From: Carcharhinus longimanus | Lineage: Eukaryota | Direction of reading: 5' to 3' | Assembly (NCBI GenBank): GCA_030264375.1 | Contig: JASCQW010000119.1 | Span: 6,553,271 to 6,617,241, forward strand | Length of the DNA: 63,971 nt | In this document: one piece after another, positions 15,001 to 30,000 of the stretch | Position numbering within the stretch: position 1 is the stretch's first letter | How the letters are laid out: every line of letters begins with the position of its first letter | The notes under the pieces: generated by a model | What the model saw: only the letters and a program-made list of their open reading frames with translations | Databases searched by the model: none | Told to the model about the DNA's origin: nothing | Program-made: the position numbers and the translations under genes

Positions 15001-18000
15001 TGGCAGAGAGAAATCCCATATAATTTGAATTGGGCATAGTATAGTTAGGGACATAGACACTGTTGTCTGTGACCAGAATAAAGAGTCCCGAATGTTCTGT
15101 TGCCTAGTTCGTGCTTGTGTTCCGGATATCTCATCTGGGTTGCAGAAGAACGTTGAGTGGGAGGCTGAAAATCCAGTTGTCGTGTTCCATGTAGTTACCA
15201 ACGACATAGATAAAACAATGACAGACGTTCCGATGAGGGAGTATGAACAGCTAGGAACTTTTTTTTTTAAAAAAGAACTTAAAGGGTAATAGTGTCTGGA
15301 TTACTACCTGAGCCACGAAATAATTGACACAGGGTCAATAAGATTCAGCAAGTAAAAACGTGGCTTAAAGACTGCTGTGAGGGAAGAAAAAAATCATGGG
15401 TTTGAATTCATGGGATATTGTACCAGACTGTTGAAGAATGGACCCGTCTGATGTGGTGGTCTTCGTCTGAACCATGCTGGAAGCAGTTTCCCATCGAATT
15501 GCATATGTAGAGCTGCAGATTGGGCTTTAAACTGAATGGGAGAAAAGGTTCAGTTACACAGAATCAAAGAATCCAACAGTGCAGAAGGAGGCCATTTGTC
15601 CCACCGAGTCTGCAACGACAACAATACCAGCCAGACCCATTTCCATAACCCCACATATGTACCCTGGTAACACTCCTGACACTATGGTCAATTTAACATC
15701 GCCAATCAAACTAACCCGTAAATCTTTGAAATTGGGAGGAAAAAAATAGAACGCTCGGAGGAGACACGGGAAGAACTTGCAAACTCCACACAGACAGTGA
15801 CCCGAGGTTGGAATTGAATTCGGGTCCCTGTCGCTGTGAGGCAACAACGGTAACCGCTGTGCCACTGCGCCGCCCCAGTTGGCCACCATGCCGCCCCATG
15901 AAGTGGACATTAGAAAACACAAATTGGAGGAGGAGGTAAAAATGCAGGATAGCGTTGTGGCGGACGGTTACCAGACAATAAAAGTGAGGGACAAAACGGG
16001 TGAATGTGTTTATTCACAAGGAATTAGAAAGTAACAGGGAAATTTTGCTGTTAGAACACATTTCAAATTGTTTTATCGAAAGCACGAATCATTCAGATCA
16101 AAATTAATTAGTTTACAGCGCACAGGGAAACAGAGGGATATGATTTGGTGCCAATTACTGAGACATGTTTAGAAGGAGACCAGGTGTGGGAATTGATTAT
16201 ACAAAGATGCTCAGCATTTCGGAAAGATAGACAGAAAATAAAATTAGATGGTATAGTTTTGCTGGTGAGGAAAGAGGTCAGTGCTTTTTACAGAAACGAC
16301 AAGGGATCAAGTTTTGGAATCAGTCTGCAGAGAAATAAGAAATTGCAAAATAAATATGAGATCATTTGGAGTAAACTATAGATCCCTTGTGCAGTAGTTC
16401 TGTAGTGGGGCACAACATAAAGCAAAACATAAAGGGGGTTGCAAAAAAAGTTACAACAACAATCAATTGTGATTTTAATACACAAATAGATTGGAAAATC
16501 CATTTGTCAAGGATAGCCTGGAAGCAGAGTTCATTGAATCTATTAGAGATTATTTCTTGGACCTATATTGTGGAAATAACCAAGGAGTAGGCGACTCTGG
16601 ATTTTGTATTGTAGAGTGAAATCGGATTAATTGATGATATCAGAGTTATACATTGTCCAGGGAGTAGTGTCTATAGTGTGATAACAATTAAAACTCAGTT
16701 TCGGGTGAGAAAGTGTATTTTTTTTTCTTGCGTGTGGAATTAAACAAATGAAATTACATAGCCATGACGTTAGATTTCACTTGAATAGTATAGGCAGGAA
16801 GGATAAATGTTAGAACAGTGGAGGAGCAATGGCACTCGTTTAAGGAGAAACTCAAGTGCTCACAACACAAATATATCACAGTGAGGATGAACATTGGGAA
16901 GGAAAGTGAAAAAAAAATCCATGACTAAACAAGGAGGTCCAGGAAAATATAAAGGCAAAACTAAGGCATATCATATCACAAGTGTGAGGTATTGCATGTT
17001 GGAAGGACAAACCAAAGTAGAACATACTGGCTCAATGGTAGGACTCTGAAGAGTGCAATTGAACTGAGGGATCTGGGAATACAGGTACAGAATTCCCTAA
17101 AAGTGACGTCACAGGTGGATAGGCTCGTAAAGAATGCTTTGGGTACATTGGCCTTTATAAATCGGAGTACCGAGTGTAAAAGTTGGAGTGTTATGGTAAG
17201 GTTATATACGACGTTGGGGAGGCCGAATTTGGGGTATATACGACGTTGGGGAGGCGTGCAGAGAGGTTTCAGAAGGATGTTGCCGGGACTTGAGAAGCTG
17301 AGTTACAGAGAGAGGTTGAATATGTTAGAAAACATTCTCTGGAGCGTAGATGAATGAGAGGAGATTTGATAGAGGTGTATAAGATTTTTGANNNNNNNNN
17401 NATGGGTTAAGGGTGAACTGAGGAAAGTTTAAGGGGAATATTTGGGGGGAGGGGTGCTTCTTCACGCAGAGAGTGGTGGGAGTGTGGAATGAGCTGCCGG
17501 ATAAAGTCGTAAATGCTTTTAACATTTAAGAAAAACTTTGACGGGTTCATGGATGAGAGGTGTCTGGAGGGGTATGGTTCAAGTGCAGGTCAGTGGGACT
17601 AGGCAAAACATGGTTCGGCACAGACAAGAAGGACAAAAAGGCCTGTTTCTAAGCTGTAATTTTCAGTTGTTATATGAAGGGAGGTTTAACAATTTAGGAC
17701 TATACTTTTTGGAATTCAGAATCAAGAACAGCGAGCAAATTGAGGTATACAAGCTTCTAACAGACATAGATAAAATAGATAACGTAGATGCCGCGCGCAT
17801 GTTTCCAATGGTGGGGTATTCTAGGACAAGTAGCCATAGTATTATAAACGATGCAGCAAAGTTAAAACAAAGTTGAGGAGAAATTTCTTATCCCAAAGGG
17901 TTGTGAATCTGTGGAATTTGCAACCCCAAAGTGCGATGGAGACTGTATCAGTGAGTAAATTTACAGTGGAGTTAGGCAGATTTTTAATTGGAATGGGCTG

Positions 18001-21000
18001 AAGAGATGTAGGGAGAATGCAGAAACATGGGGATTAGAAGCATATCAGCCATGATCGAATGGCGCAGCGGACTGGATAGGACAAATGCGAACATTCGCTC
18101 CTATATCGTGTGAAATAATGAAGCAAAAAATATCGTCCATAAAATCACTACCTAGCCTGCCTTATTCGCGACAATGGTGACAAAGCTCCGGATAGTTATC
18201 TCTATAATGCTGAATTAAAATATCCACACTGTTTTCATTTTTCTTTTCGAAAAATTATTGGTTAATTTGCGCCCCTCGATTTTTTGCCACAATACATAGG
18301 TATTTATTCATTTTCTAGTGGATGGTCGGCAATGGGGGAGAGGGGGCGGTGGGCGTGGGCTAGGATTGGTTGTGCCAATCAAGTTACCCTTGAGTGGTGC
18401 ACCTTCTTCATATCCACTGCAGTTGATGCGTCATAGACACACCTACAACACTTTCATGAATAATGAAATATCACAAAATGTAATGTCATCATTATTTCCC
18501 TCTTATAGCTAGACTGCTGCAGTTTTCTTTTTACAGATTAAGTGTTAATAAATAGCTTTTTTTTATTTTTCAAATCAGTTTGGCAAGAGCAGCTGCGAAA
18601 TTCTTCTTAACTTTTTTTTCCAGTTATTACACTCACTAGACCACGAGCTTCTGTTATTAACAATATCTATCTTGTAAAATTTGTGTTTTAAGGTAAATAC
18701 TAGCAAAGAGTGTTATCCCATTTATGGAGACACTCATAGAGTAATTCTGCAGCACAGAATGAGGGTCTTGGACCCATCGTCTCAAAGCTGACGATCAGAA
18801 CTTATCAGTTGCAATTCGTTACCAGAACTATATCTGCCGACTTGTCTGCCGTGACGTTTCCACTGCTCAACTAAATATTTATTAAATGCTGGGAGTGTTG
18901 CCGTCACGATTTTAGTCAACGAGTTCCAGATCCCTATGACCCCCAACGCTAAAACGAATTTCTCAAAATGCGCTCTAAATCTCGTATCTTTCACTTTAAA
19001 CTTTTGTGCCCTCCCCTTGTCTATTGCCCCATTCTACCGTCAACTTTTTTTACAGTCCATATCTGTCCTACCTATACTCCTCATAATTCGGCATACCTTA
19101 ATCCGATCCCCCGCCCAAATATCATTTTTATTTGAAAACAGTAAGAAGTCACACAACATTAGGTTTATATGGTAGCACGAGCTTCCGGAGTGCTGCCCCT
19201 TCATCAGGTGAATCACCCTTTCTATTGAAATTGCATCTATCTTTCTACATGCCTACCGAAACTGCATCCAATCCTTTCGTGAGCTTTAGCCTAACTAGCG
19301 TATCGTACAGTTCAATCTTAACAACCCAGCAGTTATATTCAATGCATTGGCTCCAAAAGGCAACTGACCATATGCCAACTGATCTACATTTAACCGCACC
19401 TTAGCGAATATTTGAACATGAACACTACGGACTCTTAAGTCCGCTTATCTTCCGAGCGTTCCTCCAAAAATTTCGCGCCTCCAAATACTCAGTGATGTAC
19501 TCCTTTTGCCACTGCTCTATCATCTGTTCAGCACAACTACATCATTTTACAATCTAAGGCGTTTATCTTCGCTATTTTGCACAGCAAGAATGCTTGTGTC
19601 ATATGCCAACTTACTGGCCATTTTCTCAAACTTAGGTCTGGATCACCAAGGTATACATGGGAAAGAAAGGGAACCATCAGTGATCCCGATAGTAAACATT
19701 GGACAAAGACATCCAGTCACAAAACTAAGTTCCTTAATTACGCTCCGTTTCCTGTCACTAAGCGAGTTTTTAAGCAAATTTGGCAAATTGTCTTTGATTC
19801 TCAGGGCTATTACCTTCGATTCACTCCCCACGTAATGCTTTGCCAAGAGGGTTACTGAATTACCTGTAGACTACCTCAATTCCATTGTCTCCATCCACAG
19901 ACCAACCACTTATTGGAAAATTCCGTCAAATTTGTTACACATTGTCTCCCCATGAAAAGGACAATGTCAACCGTCTTTGAAGAATTCTTGCCGCGGCAAC
20001 TGTAAATGAATTAGGTCTTGATGATTATTTGTTTACCAATGATTTCCCTTCCTCTGATGCAAACCCCGTAATCATGTGGATTGCCCCTACTTCCATTCAA
20101 GTATAATGGTTAAATGCAAGCAGTTCTCCATCCATCTGGCACCTCTACTGAGACGAGGTTGGATTNNNNNNNNNNNNNNNNNNNNNNNNNNNNCGTGACT
20201 GAAACAGGAACCAATGTTACATACCATTCGTATCTTGGGATTATTTTATGCTAAGCCTCTTAAAATGCCGGCATCTGCTCAATGTACATGTAAATCTGTT
20301 TAATTGTAGCTGAGCCCACATCCCTGCTATATATATCACGACACCCATCTTCAGGTGAAGTCGAGATGCACTTCTTCACTGATCATCACACATACGTCTT
20401 TCAGCCTAGCCGAATTAATGTGGACAAGTTGCAATTGATTCTATTCTTCTTTCACAAGTTTAATTCTTCTCTGAGATATGTCTAAATTTTTGGGTTGTCC
20501 ATCTTCTCCCTGACTGTTTGTAGGCATACAGAACATTTAGAACATCGGAGATACGTGTATGCCCATTTTCTTTAAAGTTCCTCCTATATGGGCAGAACCT
20601 CGAGGACATCGGGCATATCTGCACTCCTCAATGCAGCAAATGACTTTTTGATTAATGTTGCGAAACGAAATCTTCTTTAAAAGATATTCCACCTCAACCA
20701 ATCCTTTCGCTGCATCTTGGCTGAATATTTTATAAAACTGAATGTTGAGATTAAATAAATCAAAGTATGTGCGAGGTAAAGTGTTGAATGTCACATTGGA
20801 TCACTGATCCACAACGGGCTGTTTTGTTTGTGGAATGTGACGCAGGAAGAGTGAGTTGCCTACTTCCAGTACATATGTTCGCAATATCCATTTGAAACTG
20901 TGACTGTTTTTTTTTCCCTTGCTAGGACAGTGATTTATGAATAGAGGACATTTTAACGTTAATTCTGCACTCCCTAATATTCTTCCTTGATTTTAAATCA

Positions 21001-24000
21001 TAATTGATTTTGACTGACAGTTCTTTTCATCTTGTCGGGAACAGCGAATACATTTGCAAGGAGTATTAATCGGTTCATATTTGGCTTTCCACACAAAGAA
21101 AACACAATACACGTCAACCACAGAATGAACAGATGTAACAAGTATTTCACCTTCCATTTCAATGCATTGTCCACGGATGAGATTTATGGCTATCTTCGCC
21201 AAAAAAAACTATCGCTTTAATTAATTGAATTAATTAGTTCCTTAGCGTTGTCGTGTTGCATTGTAGTGTTGCCATAAATTAATCTTACGATACAATTGTA
21301 CTATATCAAAGCTCGGAAAATGTATACTTCCAAGAAGAATAAATCCTTAGAGTGAGAAGCGTTTTGCATGAATGAAAAAAAAAGGAACATCAGTAAGCAT
21401 AATAACGAAATTTGTCTTCCCTCTAAACAGTGAACGTATAAGCCAGTTACCTTGACCTTTTGCTTTCAGTTTTCCTTCTGTTGAAAATAATATTTGCACT
21501 CCGGATTTCTACAGAGCACTACGTCATTCGCAATTGCAACCAAATAATAAGCAACAGTTTTAGCAATATATGGTTCCGCCTACAAATTGTAGGCAACATG
21601 TTCTCCGAGCAAAATCGCGCATGCATGTGGAACTCCTGTATTCCTGAAATAAGAAATACGATATGGATTTGTCCCTCATGCATTCATTAAAATAAAGTTA
21701 TCAAAGTTATTAGAACATGGGACGTTTGACATGTGCAATTTGATTCGGAGATGTGATGCGATGGTGGATGCAGTCGATTACACCTGACTCCCAACTTGTT
21801 GCTGGAATTGAAAAAAAAACAATATCTGGCCGATTTTCATTTGTTTAGCAACTGTGATGCGGAATCCCACAAAGAATGAATGTCCAGGGGGCTTCTGTTT
21901 CGTTCAGTTAGCTCAATGCGTGCATCTACTCACTCGAAAAGGATGAGAAATTCCCGACCGAAGTCATTGGAAACAGTGGATGTCGGATCCTCGCCCGCTC
22001 TGTGGTCGGCGGCAGGTAGCATCCTAGTGACACATTCGATATACAAATGAAAGAAGCAGGTGCGAAAAATATGAGGCTGCTAACAAGTCCAACGTGCCAA
22101 ACTGCGAGCTAGACTGATAACAGTACATTGGTATTCCATACAAATATTAATAGAATACAATTTTCAGCAATTATTGTGCAATCGCTGAGTTCCATGCGAC
22201 GTTTAACGCAACGTCATGTTACTTGTTGGAGATTGTATTTCAGGTAAACTTGCCACTGCATTCCCAAATGTTTTCAGTAAATTTCGCCGTATTCTGACTG
22301 ACTCCACATTCGCCAGATGAGAAAAAAGCAACGCACATCGTCACCAGAACAGGCATCGACGTTCAGATCCATCGCATTGATTGGTGACACTTAACTAGGC
22401 AAGTCAATTACAACATACAACAATTTACAGGGCAGATATGTTAATGGCAGGTTGTTGGGGAGACTCGTTGAATAGAGGGTGCCACATATAAAGTTAGGGT
22501 GTGCGCTCCTCCATCTCCCTGTAAATCTGTTCGGATATTCAATGTGCCTGGGCATTTAGGGGCGTTTCGGAGGATTGGTGGTTGGAAGTGACTAGGTGTG
22601 TGAAGACTAGCTGTTGGGACATTTGGATCTGTGAGGGTCAATTTTCTAAACTCGCATTTGGGTGAAGACTCAGCAATAGGTTATGTGTACGACTGAGGTT
22701 GACAGACGGTTTTGATTGTACAGCAAGGGCTTTTGCAGGTCCAGATTTGGAGGGTCTCTGGGGCATGGATTTCCGAATAGAGACAAGTGGTGTGTGGCCT
22801 GTTAGTTCTGAGTGGCTGGAAGTAATCATATTGGAGTCTGTGGAATTTATTGGATATGTTAATGGCATGTTTTTGGGGAGATTCATTGAACTGCGGGTGC
22901 TGCATGCAAAATTCATGTTTGTGTTCCTCTTTCTCCATGTAATCCGTCAGGATATCCACAATTGGTTGCTAGAAAATGCAGAAATACACTTTTCAAATAT
23001 ACTCCAACGAACTGTTAATCAAAACCTGTAGGATAGTCTTTGTGAGACAAATGTGCATCTTGCTCATGTCAGAACAATTTTTGGGTGACGTTTGCACTTC
23101 AGAGCGCTACACTAAATATCACCATACAGGGGAAACGAACAATGTTTGGCCCTGTGTGTCAATTTTTACAAGCGCACGCTAAATTGTTACCACATTGTAT
23201 TGCTTGGTGGAAACCAAGCTGATGTCTTTTCCGGATACTTAGAGGCCGAACATCTGATTCCAAGTGGATATTTCCACCAATCAAAAAAAATCGTATAAAC
23301 TATTCTGGAAAGCGCCAGGGGACAATCGTCAGCACGGCACCAAGGATCTGGATTTGATTCCCAAACTGGGTCACTGTCTGTGTGGAGTCTGCAGGTTCTC
23401 ATTTTGTTTGCGTGGGTTTCCTCCCGGTGCTTCAGTTTCCTCCCACAGTCCAAAGATGTGCAAGTTAGGTGTATTGGACATGCTGAATTCTCTCCCAGTA
23501 TACCCCAACTGGCGTCGGATGGTGTCGACTGGGGTATTTTCACAATACCTTCACTGCCGTGTGAATGCAAGCCTACTTGTGACGAATAAACAAACATTAC
23601 TTTAAACTGAAAAGCCAAGACCACGGCATTTTGTTGGTGGCGGGATTCGGCGCGCAGTAGTTCAGAGTCAGGATCATGAGTACATATCCATACCAATATG
23701 TTTCCCCATTGAGTCAAAACTAGACCGCCGAGAACTCAAAGTTTCGCCTTCTGCAACAGCCGAACTTCCCATCAGCATGAACACCTAAACAACGGAAACA
23801 CTAACCAATGCGAATCTTAATAAGTTCTTAGACAACAAGTTCAATGGAACTGGTGGGTTAAAAAATGATGTTTAATTGGTGCGCTATTTTCAGTGGGCTA
23901 GTAACCCAGAGAAACAACAATATAGACTTGATTCAGGTACGAATTACACCAAGTCAAATCGTGAAACTTACATTATTAACACACTTGGAATTCAAGTTCT

Positions 24001-27000
24001 AATGCTGGCCATTAAACCATCGCACTTTGTCGTAAGAGTCAACATGATTCATTACTATGCCCTGAGGGAGGAATACGTGAGTGGCAGACAATTCAGCTAT
24101 TTGGAAATCATGTTTCTTGCAATAAATGCTGGGCCACAGAACATCGCTTACGTCACATAAATGATTAATATTATCTGTGTTGGCTGTCAAATTCAGGAAA
24201 TGTCTTCATTTTCCGTTCCTAATTTGCCTCGAAAAGATGGAGAGAAACAACCTTCATTATTGTTCACTGATCATCTCTTTTGCAAACACTTTTGTAGCTG
24301 TTCAGTGCTTTCATCTAATTTGATTCAGTGTTTCCGAACCGACGCTGATATATTTCTAAGGAAGCGAGGGTTGTGGCTTCGAGTGGAAACTCCAGGTCGT
24401 GATATTCGAATGCACCTATTTACATTGTCCTTCTCGATAGAGGGTTTGCGGTTTCGAATATTGCTGCCGATATATATTCATTTGAGAAGAACTCGCGGCG
24501 GCCTTTTATCCTGCATTCAACACATTGTGCTACAATGCCGCCCCATTTATTCATTTATTTTCAATCACATGCAATAGACAAGTTATGGCTCGCAACTGAA
24601 CTGTTGTCAATCATACCGGAAGTGTTTTCCTCACCTAATTCGTTTGCGTATTCAAACAGCCTTTTCTCTTCTGTAACAGACAAAATTTAATATTTCCGTC
24701 TTTGCCATGCAATAGCTTATTGCTCGCTCACATGGGAAGCTGCAGCCTTCAAAGAACATACTGTATTCAACGGTTTTGGGAGAACATGGGGGAACATAAA
24801 ACCTATTGCCATAGAAACATATAGATGTACCGCCAGATGTCTCAATGCCCACTGCATATCTATGCTACCTGTCGCGGTCATTTATGCAAAGTATGACAAA
24901 TAATGGAAAATTTACATTAACGTGGCGATACACAACACCATGTTGTAGCGTGAAAAAAATTATCCGGGTGGAATTTCCGTGACAGTGAAGTGCTGTTGTC
25001 CTCAAAGTAAACCTGTAAAATGCAATTATTCAAAATTCCTTCTAAATCTTTGTCACCTCTCGTTAAACCGCGACAAAATGAGAGGATAGACGTGACGTGA
25101 AGAATGACAGCACACATCAGTCTCCGGAATAACTAACATCTCATATCGCTACTCTTTAGTTCAGCATTATTTGTGAATGAATGTTGTACGTGCTATCTGA
25201 AGCAACATTAATTTTGTATTCTAGCCAAACAATCTATGCCGTATACAACTGCCAACGAATCATTAATTTCAGTTCAATTTGTGCTGCTATATAATTCTGG
25301 GTATTGGTTTTGCAAGTCTGATTAAACACCTGCCATTCGGATCTCATGGTTGCTTCATTTATGCCTGCACCCTTAAAAGTAATTTGAAGATACTAGTGAA
25401 CCATTGGAATCGGGTCGAATAGTCCTATAGCGAACGAACAAATGAATCGTTTTGTTGTAGCACAAAGCGCCCATCCTGCGCTATGTATTTGTTGATATAT
25501 TCCACAGCCTTCTATGCGTCTCAAGAGACACAGTATGCATCTCTACCCCTGCTTGTTCTTAGTAATGATGAGTCAATTGTGCAAATACCTTTCCCTTTTC
25601 TTTTCAGCTTTTCCTCTGTTGTAAGCGTATTTTAAGGATGAAAACAGAGCAAATTACCATACACATACTTCGAATGAAAATACACATGGCCAAATCTTAT
25701 TTGCTGATTATATAGATAGTATATAAATAATGATATTAAATAAATTTTGGGCCTACTCATTTGCACAGATTTTGCTAAATCCTTTATTAGCTGACAGTTT
25801 TCCATGTGAACATTGTGTAAAACAACTCGCGATGAATCGGCGCAATGCAGCCACAGAAATGAAGTAAAGGGCATGAAAAACAAAGAGTGGACGTAGTCTG
25901 TACACGAACGAGATGCGATCGTGCTTGACAGTGAAAAAAAACACAAGTGTCCAATCTGTCGTTCACTTTGATGGTGTTTCGGGGATGCAACTATAGGAGG
26001 GCCGTTGCATTTCTATACCAATAACTTACTTAGTAAACACGTGTATGGCTTCAGGAAATATAGTTTTGAAAGCAGCTTTGTTATTCGGATCATTCAATGT
26101 TAGGTGAAGCAGTTGGATGGAGTTTGAAACTAATTATGGAACATTCTTTTCTTAAAAAAAAGAGATCTAATATTTTCCCAACCTAGATCTTCCAAAGTAT
26201 CTTGACATTTTGTTAAATCTGAAATTTAGAAGAATTGGAGTTCAGGCAGTTATTGCAATTAATCTCCACTTCCTGCTATAACATTTCTGTTTGCTGCCCT
26301 GTTGCAGAGAAATCACGATAGAGGCCAAACAATTGCCAGCATTCTCTAATAATCTAAGTTAAATAGTTAAATTTAATCGGTCATGAAATCTTACGCAAGT
26401 TTCGTCAAACGTGCATCCAAAAATCGTTGAACTACATCACATTCACTAAACAGAAACATGTAACTCCAGGAAACATGACGGATTTTTTTGTTTTGAAATC
26501 CACACATTAGTTTCTTACGTTTTTGAAGTTCATTATGCCGTCTACTATCTACTTTTCACTTCGGCATTTATCTAGCTTCTGCTCATCTCTTCTATGCACT
26601 TATTCAATCGAAACATGGAATATAAATAGAATATAATGATATCGTTTGCTGCATATTTCATTAGAAGTGTTATCACGGATTCAAACAAAAACATTCCTCC
26701 TCCTTTCTTCGCAACTAACTTAGGGTAAATAACGATATATTCATTTGAAAAATGAATTGGGAATCATCAAGAAACAACCTCATGGAATATGAAAATTACT
26801 TTAAACTAAAAAAAATCAGAATACAGTATTTGTTGAAGTTTATATTAAAATTTTGAAACTTTCTGCAAAATTGCATTGTTAGGGGATTAGAATCCCATGC
26901 CAATCAACAAACAATTGACGCATTGCACTGATGCTTTTTGTCGTATAGGCGTGGGAAGGGTGTTAACGGAAAAACAACAAAAATCATTTGTACAAATTTC

Positions 27001-30000
27001 CTATGCCTTGCCTACAAACCGTAATTGTTTACTATGCTCTAATGAGCTGTATATTTTCATGAAGTATCAGATTTTGTTCATCTTTTATCTTTGAGGGGGA
27101 AGGCACAATTACGTCAAATTTGTGGAACATTTTGTGGAAAATGTAAACAGCTGATTTTCTTTTCCACAACTGATGTTAAAGTATCAATGGTGTTCTCGCG
27201 TCTGCAAAACTAATTCATCGTTCACTGTCAGATGCATTGAAAGAACATCGGAAGGGAATAGATACGATAGAAACAGGGAAGTTGTTTCCACTGGCGGGTG
27301 AATCTAGAACTAGGAGGCATGGTCTCGAAATAAGGGGGAGCTGATGCAGGACTGAATTGGAGAGGAACTTCTTGAAACAAAGGTTGGTGAAGTTGTGGAA
27401 TTCCCCGCCCAGTGACACAGTTGAAGCTACCTCATTGAATGTTTTTAAGGCAAGGATAGCTAAGTTATTGAACAGTAATTTAGTTAAGGGTTGTGGTGAG
27501 CGAGCGGGTAAGTGGAGATTCATGCACTAACCAGGGAAAGGGAAGTTGGGAATGTTCCTTGGTTAAGGCATAGCTTAACTTAGGTCCACCTCAATATACT
27601 GTACATATGCATCTTGTCATTAAATCTAAAGGTGCTTTAAAGTTAATGACTACAACTCAGAATTATATACTTTAAACAATGAAACAAACAGTTCTCAATA
27701 GTGATGTTCCTCGGACACAATTGGTATATGCGCAGATAATGTGATTGTTGTTGATGTTGATGGAATAAATCAATCCAATATATGTAATTCTCGAAATTAC
27801 ACTTCTCCATGTGAAACCTGTTTTGCTGCAGTGCATCAGAAGCATGAACCCCATATGAGGCTAAACTCAGAACCATTGTAATATTGCGAGAGAAAATCCT
27901 TTGGTAACAAGGTCTATAGAACAATATTTTTGTTCAATCAATATTAGACAACTTACCATTGGTTTTCACTTTCACTTTATCTTCTGTAAAGGTGAAGGGA
28001 AATCAAATTCCAGTCAACGTAAATAGGCTGAGTGTAAATGGCTGGCAGCTTTTCTTCCGTGATAATAAAAAAAAATGTGGTGCATGGATAAGGTACTATT
28101 TTATTTTCCGTGTTTTTTTTCTGAATGTATTGTTATAGAATGAAATCAGATTGCGATTGAATAAATCTTACCTAACACCTTCAGCAACTCTGTATATTTA
28201 GCTACGTCTGGAACAAAAATGTTCAAAGCGGTAAATCATCAAAAATATCTGTCAGCATGTGTGCGCTGGCGATAGAGAGAAACTTTGTGTGTGTATGCAT
28301 GCTTGCTAATAAGAATACAAGTACATAAGAACGAGGAGCAGGAGTAGGCCATCTGGCCCCTCGAGCCTGCTCCACCATTCAAGAACATCGTGGCTNNNNN
28401 NNNNNNNNNNNNNNNNNNNNNNNNNNNNNNNNNNNNNNNNNNNNNNNNNNNNNNNNNNNNNNNNNNNNNNNNNNNNNNNNNNNNNNNNNNNNNNNNNNNN
28501 NNNNNNNNNNNNNNNNNACTGGGCAGGGAATTCCACAGATTCACAACCCTTTGTGTGAAGAAGTTCCTCCTCAACTCAGTCCTAAATCTGCTCCATCTTA
28601 TTTTGAGGCAATGCCCCCTAGTTCTAGTTTCATCCACCGGAGGAAACAACTTCCCGGCTTCTATCGTATCTATTTCCTTCATAATCTTATATGTTTCTAT
28701 AAGATCTGGCCTCATTCTTCTGTATTCCAATGAGTATATCCACAGTCCACTCTGTCTCTCTTCATAAGCCAAACTTCTCAAATCCGAAATCAAACTAGTG
28801 AATCTCCTCTGCACCACCCCCCCCACACCCACCCCCAGTGCCAGCCTATCCTTTCTCAAGTAAGGAGACCAAATGTTGTTCACAGCACTCCAGATTAGGC
28901 CTGACCAGCAACCTATACAGCTGCAACGTAACCTTGCTGTTTTTGATCTCCATCCTTCGTGCAATGACAGTCAAAATTCCATTTGCCTTCTTAATAACCT
29001 GCTACATCTGCAAACGAACTCATTGTGATTCTTGCACACGGACACCAAGGTCCTTCTGCAAAACAGCATGCTGCAATATTTTACCATTTAAATAATAGTC
29101 TATTTTGCTGTTATTCATACCAGAATGGATAACCTCACATTTACCAACATTGTACTCCACCTGCCAGACCCTCGCCCACTCACTTAGATTACCGATATCC
29201 ATTTTCAGACTTTCAGCATGCTCTGCACTCATCTGAGTGTTATCTGCGAATTTTGGCACACTACACTTGGTCCCCAACTGTAATTCATCGATGCATATCA
29301 TCAACAATTGCGGTCCCAACACTGATGCCTGAGGCACACCACTAGTCACTGATCGCCAATCAGAAAAAAAGCTCCCATTTACTCCCATGTTTTGCTTTCT
29401 GTTAGGAAGCCAATCCTTCAACTATGCTAATCATTACACATCAGACCGTACACCATTATCTTATGCAACAGTCTGTGGTGCACCACCTTGTCAAATGTCT
29501 TCTAAAAATGCAAACGCATCACATCCCCTTTGTCCAGCGTATATTGTTCTCAAAGAATCCCACCAATATAGTCAAACCTGAACTGCCCTTCATGAACCCA
29601 TGCTGCGCCAATTTATATCCAGATGTCTCGCTATTTCTTCATTGATATTATATATTCAAGCATTTTCCCTATTACCAAAGTTAAGCTAACTGGCATCTAG
29701 TTATGCACTTGTTGTTCATCTTATTCTTTAAACTATGGCATCCCATGCGCTGTTTTTCAATCTGTGGGAACCAGCCCAGAGTGCAGCGAATTTGGTAAAT
29801 TATTACCAGTGATTCTGCTATTTCTCTGTCATCACTTTTAGTAATCTGGGATGCATTCCATTAGGACCAGGAGACATGTTTACTTTTAGCCCCCTTAGCA
29901 TGCCTAATACTAACTCCTTCGTGATAATGATAGTTTTTCGGTCCTCAACTGTCTTAGCCTTCTTATCATCAATTTTTGGCATGCTGTTTGTGTCTTCCAC

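Noticed and set aside
2618-25350. 21-nt candidate exons at 2618-2638, 11383-11403, 21151-21171 and 25330-25350
   Set aside because: Each lacks a canonical donor or acceptor and their peptides do not resemble each other.
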